In this document: positions 31,719 to 41,474 of the stretch, piece by piece | Numbering within the stretch: position 1 is the first letter of the stretch | Layout of the letters: each line of letters starts with the position of its first letter | NCBI GenBank assembly: GCA_963726455.1 | Contig: CAVSCK010000004.1 | Location: forward strand, 480,001 to 544,000 | Length of the DNA: 64,000 bases | From: an uncultured bacterium | GTDB lineage: Bacteria; Zixibacteria; MSB-5A5; CAIYYT01 | Direction: 5' to 3' | The notes under the pieces: generated by a model | Databases searched by the model: none | Told to the model about the DNA's origin: nothing | What the model saw: only the letters and a program-made list of their open reading frames with translations | Position numbers and translations under genes: made by a program

Positions 31719-33089
31719 ATGAGCAAAATTCCACGGATTCTCGTTGTCGACGACGAAGATTCCATGTGCAACTTCATGGAAATCATGCTGAAGAAAGAGG
31801 GCTATTCCGTCTCCACAGCGCAATCCGGAGCTGACGCCTTGGATCGCATCGCCAACGACAATCCCGACCTGGTGATCTCCGACATCATGATGCCGGAAAT
31901 GTCCGGTATCGAGTTGTTGACTGAAGTCAGAAAGCGCCGCGATGACCTGCATTTCATCGTCATGACCGCCTTTGCCTCTGTCGATTCGGCCGTGGAAGCG
32001 CTCAAAAAAGGCGCCGACGACTACATCACCAAACCTTTCAAAATCGACGAAATCAAACAGGTCATCAAGACACTGCTTCAGGACAACGCGCTTCCGTCCG
32101 GCGGCAAGAAACCGGCGCGCCGTAATGCTGATCTGTTTACGCTCGACAGGTTCGTCGGTCAATCGGATATCGTGTTCCGCCTTAAGGACCTGGTGACTCA
32201 GATTGCATCTTCCGACTCGGCCGTACTGATACTCGGCGAAAGTGGCACCGGCAAGGACCTGATCGCACGCGCTATCCACGCGCTCTCGCACCGGCGCGAA
32301 CAGCCCTTTGTGGCAATCAACTGCGGCGCCATTCCGGAATTGTTGCTCGAATCAGAACTCTTTGGACACAAGAAGGGATCGTTCACCGGCGCCATCAAGG
32401 ACAAGGAAGGTCTGTTCCAGACTGCCGATGGCGGAGTGCTTTTCCTTGATGAAATCGGAAATCTCTCAACCGGTCTGCAGGTCAAGCTACTGCGCGTCCT
32501 TGAAACTCAAGAGCTGGCCCCGGTTGGCTCCACTGTGCCGGTCAAAGTTGATGTACGCTTGATCGCTGCTACGAATGCTGATCTCGAGGGCGATGTGAAA
32601 ACCGGCCGCTTCCGCGCCGATCTTTTCTACCGGCTTAACGTGCTCCCGATTCGCCTGCCTTCGCTCTCACAAAGACGTGAAGACATCCCGATGTTGGCGG
32701 AACACTTCTTGATGAAGCTTGCAGCCAAACACAACAGCGCTCCGAAAAAACTATCGCCGGAGGCCGAGCGGCTTATCTCGGTTGCCGAGTGGCCCGGGAA
32801 TGTTCGCGAATTGGAGAACACGATCACTCGCGCGTTTCTCCTGTCTCGATCGCAGCTCATCAGCCCGGCCGATTTTCCCGATAAGATCGCCAGGCAGGGA
32901 ACGGCGGCAGATGTCACACCGGATGTCCCGACAAGTCCAACCCTCGAGTCAATTGAAAAGGCATACATCTATTGGGTGCTCAGTCAAACCGGCTGGCAAA
33001 AGGCCAAGGCAGCCAAGCTGCTGGGCATCGACGCTTCGACACTCTATCGCAAAATCGAGAAATATGACCTGAAGAGGGAAGGGGAATAG
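31719..33089 (+). CDS. Sigma-54-dependent response regulator (NtrC/PilR family)
   Basis: REC domain, GESGTGKD, GSFTGA, FLDEIG, WPGNVREL, Fis HTH. Confidence 0.95.
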   Translation: MSKIPRILVVDDEDSMCNFMEIMLKKEGYSVSTAQSGADALDRIANDNPDLVISDIMMPEMSGIELLTEVRKRRDDLHFIVMTAFASVDSAVEALKKGADDYITKPFKIDEIKQVIKTLLQDNALPSGGKKPARRNADLFTLDRFVGQSDIVFRLKDLVTQIASSDSAVLILGESGTGKDLIARAIHALSHRREQPFVAINCGAIPELLLESELFGHKKGSFTGAIKDKEGLFQTADGGVLFLDEIGNLSTGLQVKLLRVLETQELAPVGSTVPVKVDVRLIAATNADLEGDVKTGRFRADLFYRLNVLPIRLPSLSQRREDIPMLAEHFLMKLAAKHNSAPKKLSPEAERLISVAEWPGNVRELENTITRAFLLSRSQLISPADFPDKIARQGTAADVTPDVPTSPTLESIEKAYIYWVLSQTGWQKAKAAKLLGIDASTLYRKIEKYDLKREGE

Positions 33090-33107
33090 CATTGCAGAAT
33101 GCAATGC
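33089..33107. promoter_or_regulatory. Putative enhancer (bEBP binding) palindrome
   Basis: Perfect inverted repeat GCATTGCA-GAA-TGCAATGC about 105 bp upstream of a sigma-54 promoter. Confidence 0.6.
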
Positions 33108-33210
33108 CCCTGTCGCAGTTTCCCCGCGTTCCGGGCCCTCCCTTCGGGTGTTTCCCTTTGCAACGCAACATAAGCCGCTGCACATGCGGCAGTTATAACA
33201 CTGCGTCGAG

Positions 33211-33227
33211 TGGGCATTGCAGTTGCA
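33211..33227 (+). promoter_or_regulatory. Sigma-54 promoter of the pilin genes
   Basis: TGGGCATTGCAGTTGCA matches GG-N10-GC with TTGC at -12. Confidence 0.75.
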
Positions 33228-33256
33228 TCACGTATGGCAGACGGTTACGAGGAGAA

Positions 33257-33694
33257 ATGATGAACTACAGGCAAGACAATCAGAAAGGTTTTACGCTGCT
33301 GGAACTGATGATCGTAGTGGTCATCCTCGGCATCCTTGCCGCCATGGCAATTCCTCGCTTTATCGCCGTCACAACCAAGACCAAACAGTCAGAAGCCAAA
33401 CTGATTCTCAAGCAGATCTACAGTAACGAACGCATCTACTGGGAGCAGTTCGGCGAATACTGGATTCCGCCCGGCGGCACCACTGCCAACCAGGCGAATC
33501 CCTTTGCTTTTGCGGAAATCCTGGTTGAGGTGCAAAACCCGGCGCGTTACGACTATACCATCGCCGGCACGGCGACCACTTTCACTGCCACTGCCACCGC
33601 GAATCTCGATGACGATGCCACTATGGACGAGTGGACCATCAACGAGGCCGGACAATTGCGGGTAACGGCTGGCAAGAATGACGCTGCGGGCTAG
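33257..33694 (+). CDS. Type IVa pilin
   Basis: Prepilin site KG/FTLLELMIVV; GAGGAG RBS. Confidence 0.93.
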   Translation: MMNYRQDNQKGFTLLELMIVVVILGILAAMAIPRFIAVTTKTKQSEAKLILKQIYSNERIYWEQFGEYWIPPGGTTANQANPFAFAEILVEVQNPARYDYTIAGTATTFTATATANLDDDATMDEWTINEAGQLRVTAGKNDAAG

Positions 33695-33772
33695 ATCAAT
33701 GCTTGAATGGAAGAATAACCTGAACTTGATGAGAAACCAAGTTTCTTAACCTTAAGCCTGAGGAGGCACAAC

Positions 33773-34213
33773 ATGTTGTCCAATTTTCATCGGAGCCAGA
33801 AGGGCTTCACACTGATCGAGCTGATGATCGTCGTGGTCATCATCGGTATCTTGGCTGCTTTGGCTATTCCGCGGTTCATGAGAGCCACAACGAAGTCGAA
33901 ACAGTCAGAAGCCAAGCAGATCTTAAAGCAGATCTACACAATGCAACAGACCTACAAGCAGGCCAATGACACTTACTGGATTTCCGGTGGTGCCACTGCC
34001 AGTGCTGCAGCGCCAAACGGGTTTGCTGTGCTGGGCGTCGAGGTCGGCCCGACCGCTCGTTACACCTACAGCTTCCCGGTAGAGACCGCGACCACTTTCA
34101 CCGGACAGGCGACAGTAGCCGCACCTGGTCTTGACGATGACGCAGCGCCAGACACCTGGACAATCAACCAGGATGGTCAGCTGGTGTGCACGTCTGATGA
34201 CTCGGTGCTTTAG
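33773..34213 (+). CDS. pilA: Type IVa pilin (paralog, probable major pilin)
   Basis: KG/FTLIELMIVVVIIGILAALAIP; strong RBS; followed by a terminator. Confidence 0.9.
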   Translation: MLSNFHRSQKGFTLIELMIVVVIIGILAALAIPRFMRATTKSKQSEAKQILKQIYTMQQTYKQANDTYWISGGATASAAAPNGFAVLGVEVGPTARYTYSFPVETATTFTGQATVAAPGLDDDAAPDTWTINQDGQLVCTSDDSVL

Positions 34214-34236
34214 TCGTACGTTTGAAACTCGTTGTG

Positions 34237-34267
34237 AAGCGGGGTCATTTGACCCCGCTTTTTTATT
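34237..34267 (+). terminator. Rho-independent terminator
   Basis: AAGCGGGGTCA-TT-TGACCCCGCTT followed by a T run. Confidence 0.88.
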
Positions 34268-34312
34268 GCCCGCCTCCTGAATGACCGTGTCAATACTGCC
34301 GAAAATAGCAGT

Positions 34313-35485
34313 ATGACACATAATCTCCCCGGCGAAGTCTGCACCCCAAAGACCGGGACTGTCCCTGCATCAAAACGCCTGTTGCTGGTCACCGACCGAT
34401 TTCCGGCTTCTCCCGACGATTTTCACAGCGCCTGGATTCTGGAAGTCACTACTACTCTGAATTCCCATGGTATCGCTCCCGAGGTGTTTACGACCTCTTG
34501 TGCGACCGCTCGCTCATCTGGCAAGTGGCCTATGCCCGTCTTCCACAGCAGTTCTGCTCAACTCGAATTCCGTTATGGAAGCCGCAAAGGACTGCGAACT
34601 TATCTGAAATTCAGGGATTATCTTCGTAACGGCGCGCTGGCTCTGACTCAACACTTGCAGCGGCATAGCTACGATCATGTCATAGCGCTGGGTGCCTTTC
34701 CGTCCGGGTGGGTGGCGTGGCAGGCGTGCGAACCGAACAACATCCCGTTCTCAATATGGTCCCTCGGAAATGACATCAACGATTGGGCTCGCAGAATGTC
34801 CTTCGGTCGGCTTGTCCGCCAGTCTTTGCGGCATGCCGCCAATCTATACGCCTCAGGGGATAAACTTTCCGACACCGTGACCTCAATCAGTGGACGTGAA
34901 TGCTGCTTCCTGCCGACTTTTCGGCGGTTGCACTACCGGATGTTCCCGATGCCGCGTGAACACTATTTCCTTTACGTGGGCGCCATCGAAAAGCGGCGCG
35001 GCGTCTTCGATCTCCTCAAGGCCTTTGCGCGCATCAGGAAAGACATTTGGGATTATCGCCTGTTAATCGTGGGCTCCGGTTCTCAGGAAAACCGTTTGCA
35101 GAAGGCCATCACATCGCTCCACCTGCGTGGCAAAGTTCATGCCCTTGGCAATGTCTCCGATGAAGAACTCGTAAATTACCTGCAACGCGCCAAGGCCCTG
35201 ATTATTCCGTCCCATTCCGACTCAATTCCTATTGCCCTCGGTGAAGCGCTGCAAACCGCGACGCCCCTGGTTGTGACCGATGTCGGCGACCTTGGCACGC
35301 TCGTGCGCGACAACAAACTCGGCTTCGTGGCACGCCGCAAATCGCCCAGTTCGCTTGCCGATGCCATGGTGCGAATGATGGTCTCCGATCTTGATATCCG
35401 CGCCAGCGCTAAACAAGTAATCGATCGCCTCTTGCCCGAAAATGCCGTGCGCACTCTGATCGAATCTCTGGCGGACAAGACCTGA
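34313..35485 (+). CDS. Glycosyltransferase, GT4-like
   Basis: FLYVG.IEKRRG, IIPSHSDSIPIALGEA, PLVVTDVG. Confidence 0.88.
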   Translation: MTHNLPGEVCTPKTGTVPASKRLLLVTDRFPASPDDFHSAWILEVTTTLNSHGIAPEVFTTSCATARSSGKWPMPVFHSSSAQLEFRYGSRKGLRTYLKFRDYLRNGALALTQHLQRHSYDHVIALGAFPSGWVAWQACEPNNIPFSIWSLGNDINDWARRMSFGRLVRQSLRHAANLYASGDKLSDTVTSISGRECCFLPTFRRLHYRMFPMPREHYFLYVGAIEKRRGVFDLLKAFARIRKDIWDYRLLIVGSGSQENRLQKAITSLHLRGKVHALGNVSDEELVNYLQRAKALIIPSHSDSIPIALGEALQTATPLVVTDVGDLGTLVRDNKLGFVARRKSPSSLADAMVRMMVSDLDIRASAKQVIDRLLPENAVRTLIESLADKT

Positions 35486-35581
35486 TTCACCGCCAACGCG
35501 TGTCTGAAAGGACACGCCGCTGATTTCGTATCTCGCAAAAAACGATTGCACCGACACGTTGAAACGCGTTAGTTCAAGCAT

Positions 35582-37516
35582 GTGAACAAGCTTTTCCTGT
35601 TGATTTGTCTGGCCCTCTCTCTTGCCGCCACCACTTCAATCTCAGCCGCCGATCTGCACTTTCCAGTCGACACGATCAATCACGTCCTCAACTTCATCGA
35701 TATCGACACCACAGATATTTCCTTCCGGACTGACTGGGTTGACCGCGACAGCTTTCGGCTCAAAATCATCGATGATCTCACGGTGCATCCGCTGCAAATA
35801 CCGCACTACCTCAAGAATCGCGGTGACTTTCTGATGGACACTTCCGCTTCAGTCTTGGATAAATTCGATTCGCTGGCGATGACACTGAATACAACTTGGA
35901 TGCCGATTGCCGATCTCGACAGGCCGTCCCAGTTAGGTAGTTCCTCTGCCACAAGTCTGTTTCCCGCCGCAATTCGGCAAGGTGGAGTCGCGGCGGAATT
36001 TGCCCGGCAACTTGACCTGCTGGTATCTTCGCTCACCGACGCTAATGCCTTGATGGAATCGCGTGTCCTCGCTCCAATGGGCAGAGACCGTTCATTTCTT
36101 GAAAACGATTTTATTCAATTTCTTCACGAGGACGAGAAGAGCGCCGAGTACTCGCTTGACCGCATCGACAGCTTGCAACGCCTCAATGATTCGCTCGCTA
36201 TCCGATTCAAAACTGTCGGACCGAAAGTCCGGCTCAACGCAAGCATCTCCGCCAACCGTCTTGTCGTCAGCGAGTATCAGCAATTTTCATCGTGGCTTGC
36301 CGTCAACCGTCGCGCGCTCTTGAAACTAACTGACGAACAAATTCGGCAACTGTTTCCAACAATCGATGGCCTGTGTGAAATCAGCGGAAAGGGCAATGAC
36401 CGCCACGAGCGTTATTGTGCCGTCACCATTGATCTAGGCGGCGATGATGAATATCTCCTATCCGCATTGGCTTCCCAACGCAGTCAGATCATCTTCGATC
36501 TCTCCGGCGACGACCGCTACATCGCCCAATCTGACTACTGCTTCGGCGGCGGATTCCTTGGTTGCAGCATCCTGGACGACTGGCAGGGGAATGACACCTA
36601 CCTCGCCAAGAGCTACTCTCTCGGCTGCGGTATTTTCGGAACCGGCATTCTGGTCGATCGCGCCGGCGACGACACCTACATCGGCGACATCGGCTGTCAG
36701 GGTGCATCATCCTTCGGTGTTGGCATGTTGCTCGACTATGGTGGAATGGACTCCTACAGTGCGTCGCTCTATTCCCAGGGTTTCGCCTTCATTATGGGTT
36801 CCTCTGCGCTCGTCGATTTCAGCGGCAATGACCGCTACGCCGTCGGCTGGAAATATGGCGACATTCTCCGTTATGAAGACCACTATGTCTCGCTTTCGCA
36901 GGGTTTCGCCTACGGGCTGCGCCCATATTTCTCCGGTGGGGTCGGCCTGTTGGTTGACGGCAGCGGCAACGACGTTTATGAATCCGATATCTTCGGCCAG
37001 GGCGCCTCCTATTGGTTTGCATTGGGCGGGCTGCTGGACTACGGCGGAAACGATCAATACATCTCGTACCAGTATGCCCAAGGCAACGGCACGCACCTTT
37101 CGCTCGGCGCGCTTATTGACATCAGCGGCGACGACTTGTACAGTTCAAAGGGCGTCTCACAGGGCTGCGGACACGATCTCGCTTTCGGGTTGTTGCTCGA
37201 TTGTTCCGGCAATGACCAATACAATGCCTTCGATCTGTCCCAGGCCGCCGGTTCCGCCAACGGCGTCGGCATGCTCATCGACCTTGCCGGTGATGATGCC
37301 TACATGGCGCGCGTGAAGGGCAACACCCATGGTTACGGCAACCCGCGCCGCGAGTACGGATCGGTCGGCCTGCTGCTCGATCTGGGCGGTGTCGACTATT
37401 ATCGCGGTTACGGCGCCGATGATTCCTATTGGGTAACCCCGTCCAAATGGGGTTTGGGCGCCGATCTGAATTCGGTCAAACCCGATACAACAAAGGTGAA
37501 AACCGGTGGCAAGTAG
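35582..37516 (+). CDS. Secreted protein with many D-x-x-G-N/D-D-x-Y repeats
   Basis: Signal peptide; more than 10 roughly 25-aa repeats such as LLDYGGNDQY and LVDGSGNDVY. Confidence 0.75.
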   Translation: MNKLFLLICLALSLAATTSISAADLHFPVDTINHVLNFIDIDTTDISFRTDWVDRDSFRLKIIDDLTVHPLQIPHYLKNRGDFLMDTSASVLDKFDSLAMTLNTTWMPIADLDRPSQLGSSSATSLFPAAIRQGGVAAEFARQLDLLVSSLTDANALMESRVLAPMGRDRSFLENDFIQFLHEDEKSAEYSLDRIDSLQRLNDSLAIRFKTVGPKVRLNASISANRLVVSEYQQFSSWLAVNRRALLKLTDEQIRQLFPTIDGLCEISGKGNDRHERYCAVTIDLGGDDEYLLSALASQRSQIIFDLSGDDRYIAQSDYCFGGGFLGCSILDDWQGNDTYLAKSYSLGCGIFGTGILVDRAGDDTYIGDIGCQGASSFGVGMLLDYGGMDSYSASLYSQGFAFIMGSSALVDFSGNDRYAVGWKYGDILRYEDHYVSLSQGFAYGLRPYFSGGVGLLVDGSGNDVYESDIFGQGASYWFALGGLLDYGGNDQYISYQYAQGNGTHLSLGALIDISGDDLYSSKGVSQGCGHDLAFGLLLDCSGNDQYNAFDLSQAAGSANGVGMLIDLAGDDAYMARVKGNTHGYGNPRREYGSVGLLLDLGGVDYYRGYGADDSYWVTPSKWGLGADLNSVKPDTTKVKTGGK

Positions 37517-38429
37517 AATCATCATCCTGCTGCTCTGCATGGCTTCGGCTTTGCTGGCTGATACGCGCTCCGAAGTTACGCGTCTGTTTCAGCAGGCATC
37601 CTCGGGCGAGATTCGTTTCACTAAATTGGTGCAACCCTCCAAAGACTCGCTCAGCGCCATGAAGGATAGTGCCGCCAAATATCTTGTCGAGCGGCTGACC
37701 ACCACCGATGCGCGGGAAGCGCTCACGCTGGTCGACATCTTCCGTGGCATGGGCAGAGTCGCCACTCCGTATCTCGTCGCCGCTCTCAAGACTGACGACA
37801 AGTATCAATTGCGAACCACCTGCCGCTCGCTGGCCGACATCAAGGATTCAACCGCAATTTCTGATCTGCTCATCACCGCGACCAATTCTGATTACACTGT
37901 CCGCGCGGAAGCAGTGACCGCGATCGGCAAGAGCGGTGGGGGAGCGAACACCGCCGCGAAATTGGAGCCGTTCCTGCGCGACTCGGTCTTTTCCGTTCGC
38001 AAAAGTGCTGTCTACGGTCTTGGTGTCCTGAAAAGTCCTGGATCGGCGGAATTGCTCGTGCGCTCGCTATACGATCCGCATTTCGGCGTGCGGCTGTCCG
38101 CCTACGACGCTATCGTATCGTTCGACACTCTGTCCTTTGCCCAGGTCACTGCTTTGATCGACACCGTCAAGACTCCTGCAGTCGCTGGGCTGGCTATCCG
38201 CCTGGCAGGCCGACTTCGTATTCATCAGGTGGAACCGAAAGTCGCGGTATATCTGAACGACGCTGACCCGCTTCTTCGCGGTTGGGCTGTCTGGTCCGAA
38301 GGGCGGCTTCTGGGCAGGAACGTTGCCCCAAAGTTGTCTGAATTGCAGAGTCGTGAGACCGACATTTTCGTGAAGTCAATGATTACTGACACACGCGCCT
38401 ATATCGACACGCTTTCTTCTCATGAGTAA
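37506..38429 (+). CDS. Secreted HEAT-repeat protein
   Basis: Signal peptide; repeated D...VR..A...LG units. Confidence 0.8.
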   Translation: MASRIIILLLCMASALLADTRSEVTRLFQQASSGEIRFTKLVQPSKDSLSAMKDSAAKYLVERLTTTDAREALTLVDIFRGMGRVATPYLVAALKTDDKYQLRTTCRSLADIKDSTAISDLLITATNSDYTVRAEAVTAIGKSGGGANTAAKLEPFLRDSVFSVRKSAVYGLGVLKSPGSAELLVRSLYDPHFGVRLSAYDAIVSFDTLSFAQVTALIDTVKTPAVAGLAIRLAGRLRIHQVEPKVAVYLNDADPLLRGWAVWSEGRLLGRNVAPKLSELQSRETDIFVKSMITDTRAYIDTLSSHE

Positions 38430-39645
38430 GTTCGATTTTCTGGATCAGTTCCACAAAGAGCAAAAGCTCGATGTGGATCGCGTCGCCTTGCGCGATTTCG
38501 CCTCCGAAATCGGCGGCGAAATCGTCACTGCCGACAACGGAACCTATCTTGAAATCGTCACCGACTTCTCCAGCAAGTACCTTCATGGCGTCAAGGCGCT
38601 CCAGACAATCCTTGCCAACCGCCAGGTATCTTTCGATTGTTTCGAGACTTCAGGCGGCAACGGTTGTGCCGATTGCGAACAACTTGTCTTCATCGACGCC
38701 GAGACCACCGGCTTGTCGACCACTGCGGGCACAGTCGCCTTTCTGATCGGTGTCGGCTATGTCACCGGCGACATCTTTCGCGTGCACCAGTTCTTTCTTC
38801 CCGATTATGCCGACGAGCCGGCGCTGCTCGATGCCGTCACTGAGCTTGTTGACGGCAAAACCGTTGTTGTCAGTTTTAACGGCAAATCGTTCGACCTCCC
38901 GCTCCTGGAGGCGCGCTATATCGTCCAGCGTATGTCGACTCCATTCGCGCGAATGCGCCATCTCGACCTGCTCCATGTCTCACGCCGTTTCTGGCGGGGA
39001 CGCTTCGTGGACAACACTCTGCAGACACTCGAAAAGGAACTGCTCAATGTCTACCGCTACAATGACACCCCCGGCTACTTGATTCCTCAACTCTATTTCG
39101 ATTATCTCCGCACCGGAGAGCCCGAACCATTGGCGGGAGTCATGTTGCATAACCGATTGGATATCGTGACCCTGCTGTTTCTGATGCAAACGATCCAAAG
39201 TTATCTCGAGGATGCCGAACGTTTCGACTATTATTCTCCACTTGATGCCCTGATGATTTCCCGGCATTTGTCGCGAAAGGGAGAGATCGAAAAAGCCGTG
39301 GAGGTTGCCTGCCGTCAGTTTAATGGTCAGGTGAAGCACGAGACTGAGTTGACGCTGGCGCTCCATCTATATCGCTCCCAGAAGCGTCTGGGACGCCACC
39401 AGGAAGCTCTCACCACCGTCTTGCACATTCGGCAGTCGTTCGGGGAGACCCGCCTGTTTGCCCTGGAGGAAGCCGCCAAGATTTTCGAACACCGTCTGCG
39501 CGACTACGCCGCCGCTTCCCAACTGGTTCTGGAAGCCCTCGAATATTTGGACAGCCCTTTAGCGGAAATCGAGCCGAACCGTCTGTCCGTCTGGTACGAC
39601 AACTTCCAAAAGCGAAGAAAACGCCTTCTGGCTCGTCTGGCCTAA
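38422..39645 (+). CDS. YprB-like RNase H-fold exonuclease with TPR-like C-terminus
   Basis: FIDAETTGL, SFNGKSFDLP, HLDLLH, HNRLDI. Confidence 0.87.
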   Translation: MSKFDFLDQFHKEQKLDVDRVALRDFASEIGGEIVTADNGTYLEIVTDFSSKYLHGVKALQTILANRQVSFDCFETSGGNGCADCEQLVFIDAETTGLSTTAGTVAFLIGVGYVTGDIFRVHQFFLPDYADEPALLDAVTELVDGKTVVVSFNGKSFDLPLLEARYIVQRMSTPFARMRHLDLLHVSRRFWRGRFVDNTLQTLEKELLNVYRYNDTPGYLIPQLYFDYLRTGEPEPLAGVMLHNRLDIVTLLFLMQTIQSYLEDAERFDYYSPLDALMISRHLSRKGEIEKAVEVACRQFNGQVKHETELTLALHLYRSQKRLGRHQEALTTVLHIRQSFGETRLFALEEAAKIFEHRLRDYAAASQLVLEALEYLDSPLAEIEPNRLSVWYDNFQKRRKRLLARLA

Positions 39646-39690
39646 CTTTTTGCTGCACATTTTTTTGGTCTCAGCCGATAACTAGACAAG

Positions 39691-40993
39691 ATGAACAAGC
39701 TGCAGTTTGAAGCGCGACTGTCGTCCTTCAAGTCCTTGTCGACGTTGCCCGCCGTAATGGCGCAAGTGCTTCGTGTGTGCGACGATCCCGATTCGTCTTT
39801 GTCGCAACTTAGCGATATCATCATGAGCGATGTCGCTCTGACCGCACGAATCCTCAAAGTCGCCAATTCACCTTATTATGGCACTACACAGGAAATATCT
39901 TCCATTCGCCAGGGCGTCGTTACCCTGGGCGCGGGTCGCGTAAAATCGCTCGCACTATCGCTGTCGCTGTATGATCTCTCTGCCAAAATCGGCGGCAGAA
40001 TTGATCTGAAAGATTTCTGGCGCCATTCGCTCAACGTTGCCTGTGTCGCCGAACTGATTGCCAGGAAGGTCGAACCGGCATATATGGAAGAGTCCTTCAC
40101 CTGCGGTTGCCTTCATGACATCGGCGTTCTCGTGTTGGACAGCATTTACGGCAAGGAATACTCGAAAGTGCTCGGCAGCAGCGTCGCCGGCAGCGATCTC
40201 GCGCGCCGCGAACAGCAGTTTCTCGAAATCGACCATGCCGTCGCCGGCGAAATGGTGGCCCGCGTCTGGAATTTCCCGGCCATGTATGCAGAAGCCATCG
40301 CCCATCATCACGATGTCATCGGCCTGGAGGGTTCCCGCCGCAGCGATGTTCTTCCGATGATTATCAACCTCGCGGACCGACTGGCAACGTTCGCGCATGA
40401 AGTATCGCAGTCGCCTGATCGCGCACAGCTTTCCAACCGCGAAATCCTCGCCAGCAATCTTGGACTCAGCTCGACTGACTCTGCGTGAAATCGAATGTGA
40501 GGCGCTCAGCAAGCTTCTCGAAGCCGCGCGCTTCCTCGAAATGGATGTTGGCACACCGACCGAACTGTTACAGCGCGCCACCGGTCAGCTCTATGATCTT
40601 TACGTGCAGTTGGAGAGCACTTTCAACGAACTGAAGCACGCCAAGGATCAACTGGATGAGGAGAAGCTCAACAAAGTTGCGCTCGATTCCCTGAAAGCTA
40701 TTATCGCGACGTTCTCACATTACCTGAACAACGCCGCCGCTACGATCTCCGGACGCACGCAACTTCTCGATCTCGCACTCCAGAAGGGTAACATCTCGGA
40801 CCCGCAGGGAATGTTGGGCAAATCACTTCCGGTGTATGACAAAGGCGTCGAGCAAATTCTCTCGGTCATCGACAAACTCAAGAAGATCACCATTTTCAAA
40901 ACCGCCATCTATCACGACAACACCCGCATCATCGATTTCGAAAAAGAACTGCGCGAATTCGACGCTGCCACCACCAAAATCACTCACGAATAA
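39691..40993 (+). CDS. HDOD-domain signalling protein with C-terminal HisKA-like segment (apparent frameshift near 40480)
   Basis: LPAV, ILKVANSPYYG, FWRHS, LHDIG, DHAVAG; C-terminal FSHYLNN. Confidence 0.85.
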
Positions 40994-41030
40994 TCAATCT
41001 CAAGTACTTTCAGCATTAGTCACCAGATTT

Positions 41031-41052
41031 GTAGGAGCGGCTTCAGCCGCGA
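41031..41052 (+). repeat. GTAG-type REP palindrome
   Basis: GTAGGAGCGGCTTCAGCCGCGA. Confidence 0.6.
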
Positions 41053-41304
41053 CCTTATTGCTACACTGTCTTTTTCCACGCTGTCAAGAATCCGTATGCC
41101 GCGCCGTCAGGACCACTGTTGCTGTCCTGTAATCCTCAAACAGCGCGGTTGCGGCAGGTCCTGATTTCGCGCGTTCTCTGGGAATCCCTTGATAGTTTCT
41201 GACTCCCAGCGCGAAATTGTGACCTGCCGCTTGTGAGTACTGCTGAATATTGAACGTACGGGACTGCCTCCCAATTCCTGACGGTTCTCTCGCACCTGCT
41301 TCCT

Positions 41305-41340
41305 CCCCTCGCCCTTTGGGAGAGGGGCAGGGGGTGAGGG
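41305..41340. repeat. REP-like palindrome CCCCTCGCCCTT..GGGAGAGGGG...GGGGTGAGGG (second copy at 60370-60405)
   Basis: Two near-identical copies in the window. Confidence 0.7.
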
Positions 41341-41474
41341 AGCACCTGCATTATTCGAACCCATATTACCTTGACCGCCTAACCACATGTTTCCCAACGC
41401 CGATTCCCAAAGAATTCCCTTGATTCCGCCCGTTTCGGAACGTAGTTTCGAGGATAAATTTTTCGGAGGACTTC

